64,000 bases of DNA from Candidatus Omnitrophota bacterium (GTDB lineage: Bacteria; Omnitrophota; Gorgyraeia; Duberdicusellales; 4484-171). The stretch spans positions 16,689 to 80,688 of the forward strand of contig JAQTOI010000002.1 of NCBI GenBank assembly GCA_028713415.1, read 5' to 3'. How positions within the stretch are numbered: the stretch's first letter is position 1; each line of letters opens with the position of its first letter. The notes beneath the pieces were generated by a model, which saw nothing but the letters and a program-made list of their open reading frames with translations, was not told where the DNA came from and made no database searches. This document shows positions 1 to 8,832 of this stretch, piece by piece. Both the position numbers and the translations under genes were made by a program.

Positions 1-783
1 TTTTTTGATAAAAAATTGCGAGAATAGTTTGAAGCTGCGCGATATCTTTAAGATGCCTAATTTTATCTTCTTCGGAAACCGATATCGTGCCGTCTTCTTC
101 AGATACAATAAGGCACAAAGCGTCCGTGCGTTCGGTTAAACCTAAAGCGGCTGCATGTCGCGTTCCCAGGCGGCCAACTTCTTTAATGTTTGTAGAAAGA
201 GGCAGATAGCAGCCGAACTTGACAATCCGGTTTGCCTCAATAACCACGGCGCCGTCATGGCTGGGGGCATGGCGCTCAAAAATACTCTCAAGCAACACCT
301 GGCTTAATAGGCCGTCCAAATTAATGCCGGCTTCGATATGGCGCTCCAGCGGGTCTATTCCGCGCAGGGCGACTAACGCCCCTATTTGTTTACGCGATAA
401 ATTCGCAAGGGCGCTGCTCAATATTTCTATGTTTTGCGAAAATGAAGCCCTAAGGCGACGGCGGGTTATTCCCAGCATAGCGATACTTTCAAAAAAATGG
501 CGTAAATCGTCCTGGAATATCACCACCACCATAATAAGAGCAGCCGCGAAGAACGCCTGCAGCGCCATGGTAGTCAGATATAAACCAAAATAGTTGGCTA
601 AAGCATAGACTGCCCCCACTACAATCATGCCGATAAAGATAAACTTTGCGCGGGGCCTGGCAAGCCAGACTAGTATCAAATAAACGAATAAGGCGATGAT
701 CGCTATATCGACCAGATCGGTTGCCTTAACGTTGTTAAAAAAACGTAGGTAGTGCGTAAATAAGGAATAAATTTTTTCTTTCA
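1..783 (-). CDS. cdaA: Diadenylate cyclase (c-di-AMP synthase) CdaA. The 5' part is complete and the C-terminus runs off the window start.
   Basis: Minus-strand ORF with ATG at 783-781 continuing to position 1. Translation MKEKIYSLFTHYLRFF... has 3 N-terminal TM helices, then a DAC domain with HDGAVVI and GTRHAAALGLTERTDALCLIVSEEDGTISV (RHR/A motif). It is not in the ORF track because it is truncated by the window edge. Confidence 0.8.
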
Positions 784-1012
784 TTTTAATTTACACTTTC
801 ATCGGGCGCAGATTATTAATATCTCTTAATTAGTTTAATCCTTATATTAAAGTATGTCAATTTAGTAATTCTTCATTTCTCTGACTTTTTTCCGCTTTTA
901 TATTAATCGATTAAAAAATTGAGAATTTGGTTTAGCGGCCGGGGTGCAGCAGGAAAAAAATAATTTTTGGTAATATTTTCACAACTTATAGAAGTTATGC
1001 TACTTATAGAAT

Positions 1013-1726
1013 TCAATCTAGATATTCCAAATGACAATCTCCTCTTTTACGAAGCAAATCACGGACTTTCTTTCGAAAAGATTCTTTTTTTATACGCTCA
1101 TCTGCTTTTTCGCACTCCTCCCCAAGTTTTCCGCTATCCCATTTGTACTTTTTCATAAGTGCCGCCATTTTACCGACGATAATTTGTTGAAACTGCTGGC
1201 CATGAGAACCTGCATCTTCCACGGTCATAACCCGTGGCTGCAGAGGGTCAAGCGGTTTTCCCAGCCCAGATTCATTTCTCGCTTGAAACGTAGCGCAATA
1301 AATGTCAGCGGCCTTTTCTACATCAGGATCGATTTTAATATTGGTATTGGTTGCGTATGATTCCTCGGAAGCTGTGACTGTTTTATCTTCTACGGAAATT
1401 GTTTTCTCCTGTTTTTCCTCAATTGTGCTTTCTTCCGGTTTTATAGGATTATTGGCTGACGCAGCAGGGGTTTGATTATTATCTTTTTCAATCGCTTTTA
1501 TAACATTATCAGTTGGTACGATTGGCGCTTGGCCGTCTATACTTTCAATCTCTTCAAAATAATAGGTTATAGGTATACCACTGATATCTACCTTAATAGC
1601 TTTATCTGTTTTCTCGATTATCTTTCCCTCCACGGTGTTTCCGGACTTAAGAATAACGGTCTCTGCAAAAACATGTACAGGAAGAAATAAAAATATCAAC
1701 AATGAAAGTATGATTTCTTTATTCAT
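1013..1726 (-). CDS. Hypothetical secreted protein (N-terminal signal peptide), upstream of cdaA on the same strand
   Basis: 239-aa ORF in the track. An internal Met (MNKEIILSLLIFLFLPVHVFA...) gives a classic signal peptide. The rest is Glu/Lys-rich with no recognisable domain. Confidence 0.45.
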   Translation of the reverse strand: MNKEIILSLLIFLFLPVHVFAETVILKSGNTVEGKIIEKTDKAIKVDISGIPITYYFEEIESIDGQAPIVPTDNVIKAIEKDNNQTPAASANNPIKPEESTIEEKQEKTISVEDKTVTASEESYATNTNIKIDPDVEKAADIYCATFQARNESGLGKPLDPLQPRVMTVEDAGSHGQQFQQIIVGKMAALMKKYKWDSGKLGEECEKADERIKKESFRKKVRDLLRKRGDCHLEYLD

Positions 1727-2088
1727 AAGCAAACCTCCTTAGAGTTTTAATTATATCATTCTTTTCCCGTAGCATTAAGATATTTTCTATGTAGCCAAGT
1801 ATATTATATATCTTAAATAACTTAATAGGCTTGATAATGGTAGTGAAAATCATGAAGAAAATAAAAATAGCGAAATCACTTATTAGGTAAGCAATTTCGC
1901 TATTTCCTTTGAAGCTATTGAGATTACAAAAAATCTTAAAAAAGATGGCGGGGACGAAGGGATTTGTCAACAATCTTCGACGAAGTCGAAGCGATTCCGA
2001 AGGAATCAATTGTTGCCAAATAAGACGTTGGTGTATGAGACAGCTGCGTATGATATTTAGAGCTAACTTGATGTTAAAGAATAAAAAC

Positions 2089-2166
2089 ACGGGGACGAAG
2101 GGATTTGAACCCTCGGTCAGCTGATCGACAATCAGCGGTCTTGAACCGGGCTAGACGACGTCCCCG
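2089..2166 (-). tRNA. tRNA-Asp (anticodon GTC)
   Basis: Reverse complement CGGGGACGUCGUCUAGCCCGGUUCAAGACCGCUGAUUGUCGAUCAGC...GGGUUCAAAUCCCUUCGUCCCCG. It has a 7-bp acceptor stem, a GUUCAAAUCC T-loop, and anticodon loop UUGUCGA. CCA is not encoded. Confidence 0.8.
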
Positions 2167-2383
2167 AAATGGCATATAGCTTACAGCAAATAGCAAGTAG
2201 TGAGTTATTGTAAAGCGATATTGAGAAAAGTCAAAGAATTTTTGTTGATTTTTATAAACCCTGGACTATGCGCCATGAAAAACAATGGGTCCGCCGCGCT
2301 CGTAAAATTTGAAGAAACAAATTTTGCGCTACGGGCGAGACTTCACCATTTTTTTGCAAGCAAAAAAAATGGTGGGCGATACA

Positions 2384-2406
2384 GCCTGCCTGCCGGCAAG
2401 GCAGGG
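2384..2406. repeat. REP-like GC palindrome (CCTGCCTGCCGGCAAGGCAGG), copy 1
   Basis: Near-perfect palindrome. Related copies occur at 10779-10810, 18327-18348, 23946-23967 and 38349-38370. Confidence 0.6.
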
Positions 2407-2661
2407 ACTTGTATAAAATCTTCGACGAAGTCGAAGCGGCCAAAGGCCTCTAATTTTATCCAAGAACTGCCATAGCGCTTTCAAATAACGCGTATTTTGG
2501 CGCATACCGTTGATTGCAAGGAAAACATGGGCGATACAGGACTTGCATGCAATCTTCGACTTCCTGTCGAAGCGCCCGAAGGGCTTTTGCATCCAAGAAC
2601 TGCTACCGCGATTTTAATCAAAGCTTGTTTGCCGCTAGCGCTCTGTTTACAAGGAAAACAA

Positions 2662-2735
2662 TGGGCGATACAGGACTTGAACCTGTGATCCCTTCCATGT
2701 CAAGGAAGTGCTCTAGCCAACTGAGCCAATCGCCC
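2662..2735 (-). tRNA. tRNA-Val (anticodon GAC)
   Basis: Reverse complement GGGCGAUUGGCUCAGUUGGCUAGAGCACUUCCUUGACAUGGAAGGGAUCACAGGUUCAAGUCCUGUAUCGCCCA. It forms a cloverleaf with anticodon loop UUGACAU and a T-loop GGUUCAAGUCC. Confidence 0.85.
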
Positions 2736-3047
2736 TAAATTGCAAATAGCATATGGCAAATAGCTTATAGTTAGATTGCATCCTGCCATAAGCTATATGC
2801 TATAAGCTATTAGCCAGACTGCCGGAGGCGGCTTGTCCGCCGTAGCTTTAGCGTAGGCGGAGACTCGTATCGAATCTGCGACGAAAGTCGCAGCGGTTTC
2901 TCTCTAATTCGATCCGAGATCACCCTTAAGTTTAAAAAAACGAACAATAGAGCAATAGAAAATAGACCGCAATTGAGCTTTAAATCTATTGTTCTATTTT
3001 CGATTGCTCAATTGCTCTGTCTAATTTCGCCACAGGCGAAATTAGAC

Positions 3048-3132
3048 TGCCGGGGGCGGGACTCGAACCCGCACGTCCCTCACGGGACAGCAGATTTTAA
3101 GTCTGCATTGTCTGCCATTCCAACACCCCGGC
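3048..3132 (-). tRNA. tRNA-Leu (anticodon TAA), class II with long variable arm, uninterrupted (no intron)
   Basis: Reverse complement GCCGGGGUGUUGGAAUGGCAGACAAUGCAGACUUAAAAUCUGCUGUCCCGUGAGGGACGUGCGGGUUCGAGUCCCGCCCCCGGCA. It has anticodon loop CUUAAAA, a long variable stem-loop CUGUCCCGUGAGGGACGUG, and a T-loop GGUUCGAGUCC. Confidence 0.85.
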
Positions 3133-3418
3133 TGAAGAATCATAGGGGCTCTGCCCCTTCTGACGTTCGCAAAGTAAGAATTTCATAGAAGCAAAACTTT
3201 GTTCACTGTCAACCCCGCAGTCAAGCCAGGAAGAAAAACTAGTTTCAGCGATTGTTCTAAAGATCAACTAAAGAAAGCTATTTAAAAGAGCAAAAATCTT
3301 TGCTTACGCAAAGAGTCATTACCAACACCCTGGCTTTATTGGTAAATAGCGTATTGCGTATAGCTTATGGTAGAAACTCTTAGCTTTTTGCCATTAGCTA
3401 TGAGCCATATGCCATTAA

Positions 3419-3492
3419 AGGCGGCGAGCGGATTTGAACCGCTGTGTAAAGGTTTTGCAGACCTCCCCCTTAGACCACTTGGGTACGCCGCC
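3419..3492 (-). tRNA. tRNA-Cys (anticodon GCA)
   Basis: Reverse complement GGCGGCGUACCCAAGUGGUCUAAGGGGGAGGUCUGCAAAACCUUUACACAGCGGUUCAAAUCCGCUCGCCGCC. The anticodon loop is CUGCAAA and the T-loop is GGUUCAAAUCC. Confidence 0.8.
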
Positions 3493-3504
3493 AATTCTAA
3501 TATT

Positions 3505-4176
3505 TTAAGAAAGAGCTGATTTATAATTGCTATAAAGTTTATATTTTCTGTCTAGAAAACAAAAGCTCTTATCGCTTGCAGGCCTGAACATAAAATCCAT
3601 TAGCTCCATAGCCTCTTTTGATTTATAAACTAATTGATAACTCCTATGGCTATTGTAAACTTTTTTAACCCGCTGCAAATGGCAGGAGCTTGCAATAACT
3701 TCCGAGAGGCTTTCTAAGAATCGTTTACTTCCAGAAGTAAAAACCGTCCGTGGGATTATTCTATTTTTTGTTTTTTCGCAATAAAATGTTCCATCGCCAT
3801 CAAAATAACCTCGTATGAAATCACCCATAAAATTAGAAGGTATACATTTTGGGAATATCATTGTTAACGATTTTCTTGGTGTTAGCCCTAAATTTATTAA
3901 ATCGCCATAAATATTATGATCGCCTATTCTAAGAAAATAACGGTATTTCCCGTTTGCTGTGCTCGGCGGCAATTTAATAATTTTGTGCTCTGACTCGAAT
4001 GCCCTTCGTATTGTTTGGAGAATTGAGATATCACAACTCGTGATTCTTAAGTATTTACCTCTTAAATAACTGGCATCTTCAAGGCTGCCGTCTGCAAAAA
4101 TATAGCCAAGAATATATGCCATATTTCTGAACCAGGTTTTAAAAAAGTTGCTGTTGACTTTATATTTAAAACCCAT
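3505..4176 (-). CDS. Free-standing double-motif LAGLIDADG homing endonuclease
   Basis: 223-aa ORF with two LAGLIDADG-type motifs, YILGYIFADGSL near the N-terminus and FIRGYFDGDGTF about 100 residues later. It sits directly beside the tRNA cluster and is not embedded in another gene. Confidence 0.75.
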   Translation of the reverse strand: MGFKYKVNSNFFKTWFRNMAYILGYIFADGSLEDASYLRGKYLRITSCDISILQTIRRAFESEHKIIKLPPSTANGKYRYFLRIGDHNIYGDLINLGLTPRKSLTMIFPKCIPSNFMGDFIRGYFDGDGTFYCEKTKNRIIPRTVFTSGSKRFLESLSEVIASSCHLQRVKKVYNSHRSYQLVYKSKEAMELMDFMFRPASDKSFCFLDRKYKLYSNYKSALS

Positions 4177-4252
4177 TCAAGCCTCGCTTCTTAGAAGTCA
4201 AGCTACCGCGCCTAATTTTCAGAAATAGGGCATAAACTTTTGCCGTGGAGCT

Positions 4253-4462
4253 TTACTTTTGCGCGGTATCTTTGACTTGTATTTTGCCCTCAACAATTTC
4301 CCGTAGAGCGTTATCCAAAAGTTTCTCTCCGGGTTTGTCAATCAACGATTTTGCTCCATCAGCAAGGGCAAGCGCGCGTTTGGCTGCCAGAATGGTAATT
4401 TTGAATATTGAACCTTTGCTGGCACCAATTACTCTATCCACTGAAATATACTGCTCATTCAT
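4253..4462 (-). CDS. rpoZ: DNA-directed RNA polymerase subunit omega
   Basis: 69-aa ORF with the ILAAKRALALADG signature of RpoZ. It lies downstream of gmk in the conserved gmk-rpoZ arrangement. Confidence 0.75.
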   Translation of the reverse strand: MNEQYISVDRVIGASKGSIFKITILAAKRALALADGAKSLIDKPGEKLLDNALREIVEGKIQVKDTAQK

Positions 4463-5031
4463 TCGTACCTCCTTGCCAGAAGAATATCCTCCAGATCCAT
4501 TACTGCCGTTTTTATATTCTTGTTAATGACAACATAATCATAATCTTTTTGAGCAAGCATCTCTTTCTTAGCAAGCGCTAGCCGCTCGTCGATTATATTC
4601 TTTTTTTCCGCGCGCGAAAGCAAGCGTTTATAAAGCTCTCCGGAATCCGGAGCAGCTATAAAAATGGTAGTTATTTTACCAACTTTATGGTGTTTTTTCA
4701 AATACATTCCTCCTTTTACGTCTATGCAAAGAATCAGGTTTTTCTGCGCGTGCTTTGCCTGGGTATAGAAATACTTCGGCGTTCCGTAATAATTATCCAA
4801 TACTTTCTGGCTCTCTAAGAAAAATTTTTTCTTCTTGCGCGCGAGGAACTTTTCTTTACTCACAAAGAAATAATCCCTGCCGTTGTTTTCCTTGGGCCTG
4901 CGCTTGCGGGTGGTCCAGGAAATGGCGCGGATGAAATTTTTCTTGAAGATCTTCTTGCGAAATAGTTTATTGAGGAGTGTTGTTTTGCCGCTTCCGCCAG
5001 GACCGGAGAGGATAAAAACTCGAGTGCCCAT
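4459..5031 (-). CDS. gmk: Guanylate kinase
   Basis: 190 aa with a P-loop (ILSGPGGSGKTTL) and SWTTRKRRPKENNGRDYFFVSKEKF, which matches the guanylate kinase TTR...E..G.DY.FV motif. It overlaps rpoZ by 4 nt. Confidence 0.85.
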   Translation of the reverse strand: MGTRVFILSGPGGSGKTTLLNKLFRKKIFKKNFIRAISWTTRKRRPKENNGRDYFFVSKEKFLARKKKKFFLESQKVLDNYYGTPKYFYTQAKHAQKNLILCIDVKGGMYLKKHHKVGKITTIFIAAPDSGELYKRLLSRAEKKNIIDERLALAKKEMLAQKDYDYVVINKNIKTAVMDLEDILLARRYE

Positions 5032-5831
5032 TATTCTATGTTTTGTGCTTGTTCGCGTATCCTGTCCAGATAACCCTTGGCCTCGACGATTAAAAACGCA
5101 AAGTTTTTATCCTTTGTCTTACTGGAAGCTGCGTTTAGCTCGCGTAATATTTCCTGGGTGAGAAAATCTATGGATTTCCCTTTAGGGGATGCGCCGTTTG
5201 CGTGTATCGTTTTTTCGAGCTTATCGGTATAAAAGAGGCCCAAAGAAACTTCTTCGTCGATATCCTCCTTAATATTTGCTTCGTTATTCTTTGCGGGTTT
5301 TACCTTTTTTTGTTTACGCAGGCGGTCTATTTCCGTAATATTATGTTTTAACTGGGCTAAGCTTTTGAGCATCTGTTTGCGGATAGCCTCTCCTCCTTTT
5401 GCCTTAAATTCCAGGAGTTTCGCTAAACCCTCACGCATCCCTGCGATTATAAGGCTCTCCTCGCTTTTATTCTTCTCCTGCGACCAGACAACTTGAGGCA
5501 AGTTAAGAAAATCACTTACCGAAAGCTCAGAACGAAGGTTATACTTTTTTGCGAAATGCCTGGCCTCAGTAATATATTTCGCAAGTGTTTTTTCATCAAT
5601 ATGAATTTGATGGCTTATGGGGCTTTTGGGGAAAATATATACTTCGATTTTCCCACGCTGGATTTTCTTTTTAATTTCCCGTTTAATATTTTCCTCAAGT
5701 AAAATATTCTCAGCCGGTAAATTATGGATCGTGATATCCAGATATTTAAAGTTGAGTGAACGCAAAACGATCTGAAGACTCTGTGAATCTTTACGTTTAA
5801 ATATGCTGGCATATGCTGTCATCGATTTCAT
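5031..5831 (-). CDS. yicC: YicC-family stress-induced protein (UPF0701)
   Basis: N-terminal MKSMTAYAS matches the YicC start MIRSMTGFG, and the C-terminal IDFLTQEILRELNAASSKTKD matches the YicC DFLxQEMNREANTLGSK motif. The ATG at 5831 overlaps the ndk stop (ATGA). The track ORF extends to a GTG at 5837. Confidence 0.7.
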   Translation of the reverse strand: MKSMTAYASIFKRKDSQSLQIVLRSLNFKYLDITIHNLPAENILLEENIKREIKKKIQRGKIEVYIFPKSPISHQIHIDEKTLAKYITEARHFAKKYNLRSELSVSDFLNLPQVVWSQEKNKSEESLIIAGMREGLAKLLEFKAKGGEAIRKQMLKSLAQLKHNITEIDRLRKQKKVKPAKNNEANIKEDIDEEVSLGLFYTDKLEKTIHANGASPKGKSIDFLTQEILRELNAASSKTKDKNFAFLIVEAKGYLDRIREQAQNIE

Positions 5832-6334
5832 TTCCACACCTTCTTCCTGTAGTTCTTAAGGCTAGTCTGCTTTACTGGATACAAATCGCTTACAATCTCA
5901 TCCGGGTTAAACCAAAGTTTTATTTCCCGCTCTGCCTCGCTAGGGTCGCTTGAAGCGTGCACCACGTTTTCATAAAGCCCTGTGGTCAAAATCCTGCCGT
6001 AGGCTCCGCGCACGCTGACCGGATCCGCTTCTTCCGGATTAGTGGCTCCGGAAATCTGCCGTACTTTGGCTATGGCGTCCTTACCGTAATAGATGAGAGC
6101 CATCACCCTGTTTTCTCCGTGCAGCCTGCCGGTAATATATTTGATTAATTCAGGATAAAACGGTTTATCTTTCAGGTGCCGGTAGTGCTGTTGTGCAAGT
6201 TTTTCGCTAACGCTTACGATTTTGGCGCCGATTATCTTAAGTTTCGTCTCAGATAGGCGGCTTAAGATATTACCGGTCAATGACTTCTTCAAACCATCCG
6301 GCTTTATGATAACTAAGGTTGCCTGATTGGTCAT
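5828..6334 (-). CDS. ndk: Nucleoside diphosphate kinase (long form with C-terminal extension)
   Basis: ATLVIIKPDGL...NPEEADPVSVRGAYG...NVVHASSD are classic NDK motifs. Confidence 0.85.
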   Translation of the reverse strand: MTNQATLVIIKPDGLKKSLTGNILSRLSETKLKIIGAKIVSVSEKLAQQHYRHLKDKPFYPELIKYITGRLHGENRVMALIYYGKDAIAKVRQISGATNPEEADPVSVRGAYGRILTTGLYENVVHASSDPSEAEREIKLWFNPDEIVSDLYPVKQTSLKNYRKKVWK

Positions 6335-7155
6335 GATAGCCTCCTCACAATTCTTTCTAAATCATCAAGGCTGTAGTACTCTATAACTATCTTACCGCGA
6401 TTGTTGCGCTTATTTGCGATTTTTACTTTGGTCCCCAAAAATTTCTGCAGCTTCTCCTCTACTTCTGTAACAAAAGGGTCGCTGGTACGTTTCTTTTTTG
6501 AGGCCGCCTTGGCGCGGGCCTCGATTTCCCGCACTGACATGCCTCCGTTTAGAATCTGGCGGAACAATTTTTCCTGTTCCTGTTTATTGTCTACGGCCAA
6601 AAGTGTGCGCGCCTGGCTGCGGCTCAACAACCCGCTTCTAAGCGCATCCTGGATATCTTGCGGTAATTTGAACAGGCGTAGAGTATTAACAATTGTTGTC
6701 TTGTCTTTGCTTATAAACTTGGCTATGTCATCCTGGGTAAATTCAAATTCATCGCTTAAGCGCGCAAAGGCTTCAGCCTCCTCCATGGGATTTAAATCTT
6801 TGCGTTGCAGATTTTCGACAATTGCCACAATAAACGCGTCTTTATCATCGAGCTCTTTAACAATTGTTGGTATCTCATTGAGCCCCAATGACTTAGCAGC
6901 TTCATACCGCCTGCCGCCGGCCACAATTTCATAATCTTCAGGCCCGACTTTACGCACCACGATTGGTTGGATAAAACCCTTTTCCTTGATTGATTGGCAT
7001 AGTTCCTCCAAGTCCTGTTGCTCTATTTCTTTGCGTGGCTGGTATTTACCCGGATGTATCTTGCTTAAAGGCAGCGTAAAATCTTTTGAATATGCCGGCA
7101 GGGGTTTTTTGGGTATAAGCGCGTCTAAACCTTTTCCTAATACTCTGCGTTCCAT
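6331..7155 (-). CDS. parB: Chromosome partitioning protein ParB/Spo0J
   Basis: ParB box (IQPIVVRKVGPEDYEIVAGGRRYEAAKSLGL), an HTH region, and a C-terminal dimerisation region. It is adjacent to parA. Confidence 0.85.
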   Translation of the reverse strand: MERRVLGKGLDALIPKKPLPAYSKDFTLPLSKIHPGKYQPRKEIEQQDLEELCQSIKEKGFIQPIVVRKVGPEDYEIVAGGRRYEAAKSLGLNEIPTIVKELDDKDAFIVAIVENLQRKDLNPMEEAEAFARLSDEFEFTQDDIAKFISKDKTTIVNTLRLFKLPQDIQDALRSGLLSRSQARTLLAVDNKQEQEKLFRQILNGGMSVREIEARAKAASKKKRTSDPFVTEVEEKLQKFLGTKVKIANKRNNRGKIVIEYYSLDDLERIVRRLS

Positions 7156-7329
7156 TGATTTTGTTCCTCCTTAACCCGGCACTTAGTATAAGTGCTGGGT
7201 TAACCCGAAACACTCCGGAAAATTTTCCGGTATGTATATTAGGTACAAGGGTAACTCGTGAATTGTATCAAGTGCCCCAGGCACCTGTTATTTACTGCGC
7301 CCTTATGGTTCAAAAATAGAAAATTGCGA

Positions 7330-8166
7330 TCAACCTTGAGGCATGCTTTTATCTGAAGTCGCACTTTCAAGCGGGCTGCAGGCTTCCTGGACTAAATAAT
7401 TTATTTCTATTTTTTCTTTAATAATTTCCTCGGTAAGGTTGAGGTACGCTTTTGCTCCCACGCATAAAGGATCATAACAATGTATGGGCTTGCCAAAACT
7501 CGGTGCTTCGGCAAGTTTAATATTACGGGGAATAATAGTATTGAAAGTTTTATCTTTAAAAAATTTACGCACTTCCTCTATTACCTGCAAAGTGAGTTTG
7601 GTGCGAAAGTCTGCCATGGTAAGTAAAAACCCCTCAACTTCTAAATGCGAGTTTAAACGCTCTCTAATTAAGTCAATGGTATGGAGCAAATTAGAAACGC
7701 CTTCCAGGGCATAATACTCACACTGGATGGGTATAATCAAACTGTCGGAAGCGGAAAATACATTAACCGTGAGTAATCCCAATGAAGGTGGCGCATCGAT
7801 AATTATATAGGAAAAATCCTCTTTTAATTGCTCTACTTTCTCTTTTAGGCGCAGCTCTCTATTTTCAATATTGACCAACTCTATTTCCCCTCCGGTAAGC
7901 GATATATTAGCCGGAATAATGGAAAGATTAGGCCATTGAGTAGGATATACGCTATCCTTTAATGACGCGTTATCAGCAATGACATCGTAAATAGAATTCT
8001 TCTCTTTGCTGTTAAAGCCTATGCCGGAAGTAGCGTTCCCTTGAGGGTCAATATCGATAAGGAGGGTTTTCTTGTTGCCGAGGGCTAAATAAGAACTGAT
8101 ATTTATAGCGGTGGTAGTTTTTCCTGTTCCGCCTTTTTGGTTGCAAATGCCAATTATACGGCCCAT
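7330..8166 (-). CDS. parA: Chromosome partitioning ATPase ParA/Soj
   Basis: Deviant Walker A motif (ICNQKGGTGKTTTAINIS) and the ParA/MinD fold. Confidence 0.85.
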   Translation of the reverse strand: MGRIIGICNQKGGTGKTTTAINISSYLALGNKKTLLIDIDPQGNATSGIGFNSKEKNSIYDVIADNASLKDSVYPTQWPNLSIIPANISLTGGEIELVNIENRELRLKEKVEQLKEDFSYIIIDAPPSLGLLTVNVFSASDSLIIPIQCEYYALEGVSNLLHTIDLIRERLNSHLEVEGFLLTMADFRTKLTLQVIEEVRKFFKDKTFNTIIPRNIKLAEAPSFGKPIHCYDPLCVGAKAYLNLTEEIIKEKIEINYLVQEACSPLESATSDKSMPQG

Positions 8167-8215
8167 AAATTAGTATCTTATTTTTAAAAAGCTATATTTA
8201 ATAATACTTTTTCGA

Positions 8216-8231
8216 GTTTTCACGTGAAAAC
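8216..8231. promoter_or_regulatory. parS-like centromere site (ParB binding), copy 1
   Basis: 16-bp palindrome GTTTTCACGTGAAAAC. Its 12-bp core TTTCACGTGAAA is identical to the parS consensus core (tGTTtCACGTGAAAca). It sits immediately upstream of parAB. Confidence 0.55.
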
Positions 8232-8731
8232 TTTTTTAATTAATAGTATTCTAATATCCGCCGACTGGACTGTCAAGATAAATCAGAAATAAATTATATA
8301 AAAGCGAAAGCTGTCCGCCAAAGGCTAAAAAATTTGTTTGCCTTTGGCGAGGCCTCGCCATTTTAAACCACTCGCGCAATGGCGGGTGGGCTTCCGGATT
8401 TTGAAATTTGTAAGAGGTAACACATATCCGGTATCAGGCTAAGAATAGTGATAAAGATAAAACATCACCTGTCAAGATGTACGTCACTAGACAATTAGCG
8501 AATTCAAAAAACGTGGTACCTATTACTTGTAATGTAACTTGTTACCTACCTTGCTCGTCTTGCGGCGAAGCCGAGCGCCGGCAGGCAGGCGTGATACATA
8601 AATAAGCCGTAGAGCATTTTCGTTACCCCAAGCCGCTTCGCGCTGATTACACGAAATCTTGCGCAAAATCGTGCTCAAAACTAAGCTAATTTCCTCAAAA
8701 CAAAACTCATTGATTTTATTACGTTTTTAGA

Positions 8732-8747
8732 GTTTTCACGTGAAAAC
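8732..8747. promoter_or_regulatory. parS-like centromere site, copy 2 (perfect 20-bp palindrome GAGTTTTCACGTGAAAACTC)
   Basis: Identical 16-mer to copy 1, with extended flanking identity. The two copies bracket about 500 bp of non-coding DNA between parA and yidC. Confidence 0.55.
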
Positions 8748-8832
8748 TCTAAAAATGCAATGAATTCAAGGGTTTTTAATTTTGGTTTCAGTAATGTGCT
8801 GCGGCTGGTATTGGAATCAAAAAAGATGTAGT

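Noticed and set aside
219-593. 124-aa plus-strand ORF in the track
   Set aside because: It lies antisense inside cdaA, whose minus-strand reading frame has clear DAC-domain motifs. There is no RBS, and the translation is Arg/Ser-rich and low-complexity.
1719-2090. 123-aa minus-strand ORF and 71-aa plus-strand ORF (1909-2124)
   Set aside because: Both run through the tRNA-Asp gene and the tRNA-fragment repeats, and the translations are low-complexity. They are artefacts of non-coding DNA.
3048-3132. Group I intron in tRNA-Leu(UAA), given the neighbouring homing endonuclease
   Set aside because: The tRNA-Leu gene is a continuous 85-nt class II tRNA with an intact anticodon loop. No insertion is present.
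6401-6934. 177-aa plus-strand ORF
   Set aside because: It is antisense to parB, which has strong family motifs. Its Ser/Leu-rich translation is typical of the antisense strand.
8167-8832. Chromosomal replication origin (oriC)
   Set aside because: No cluster of DnaA boxes (TTATCCACA-like) and no dnaA gene nearby. The palindromes match parS and not DnaA boxes, so it was called a centromere-like region instead.
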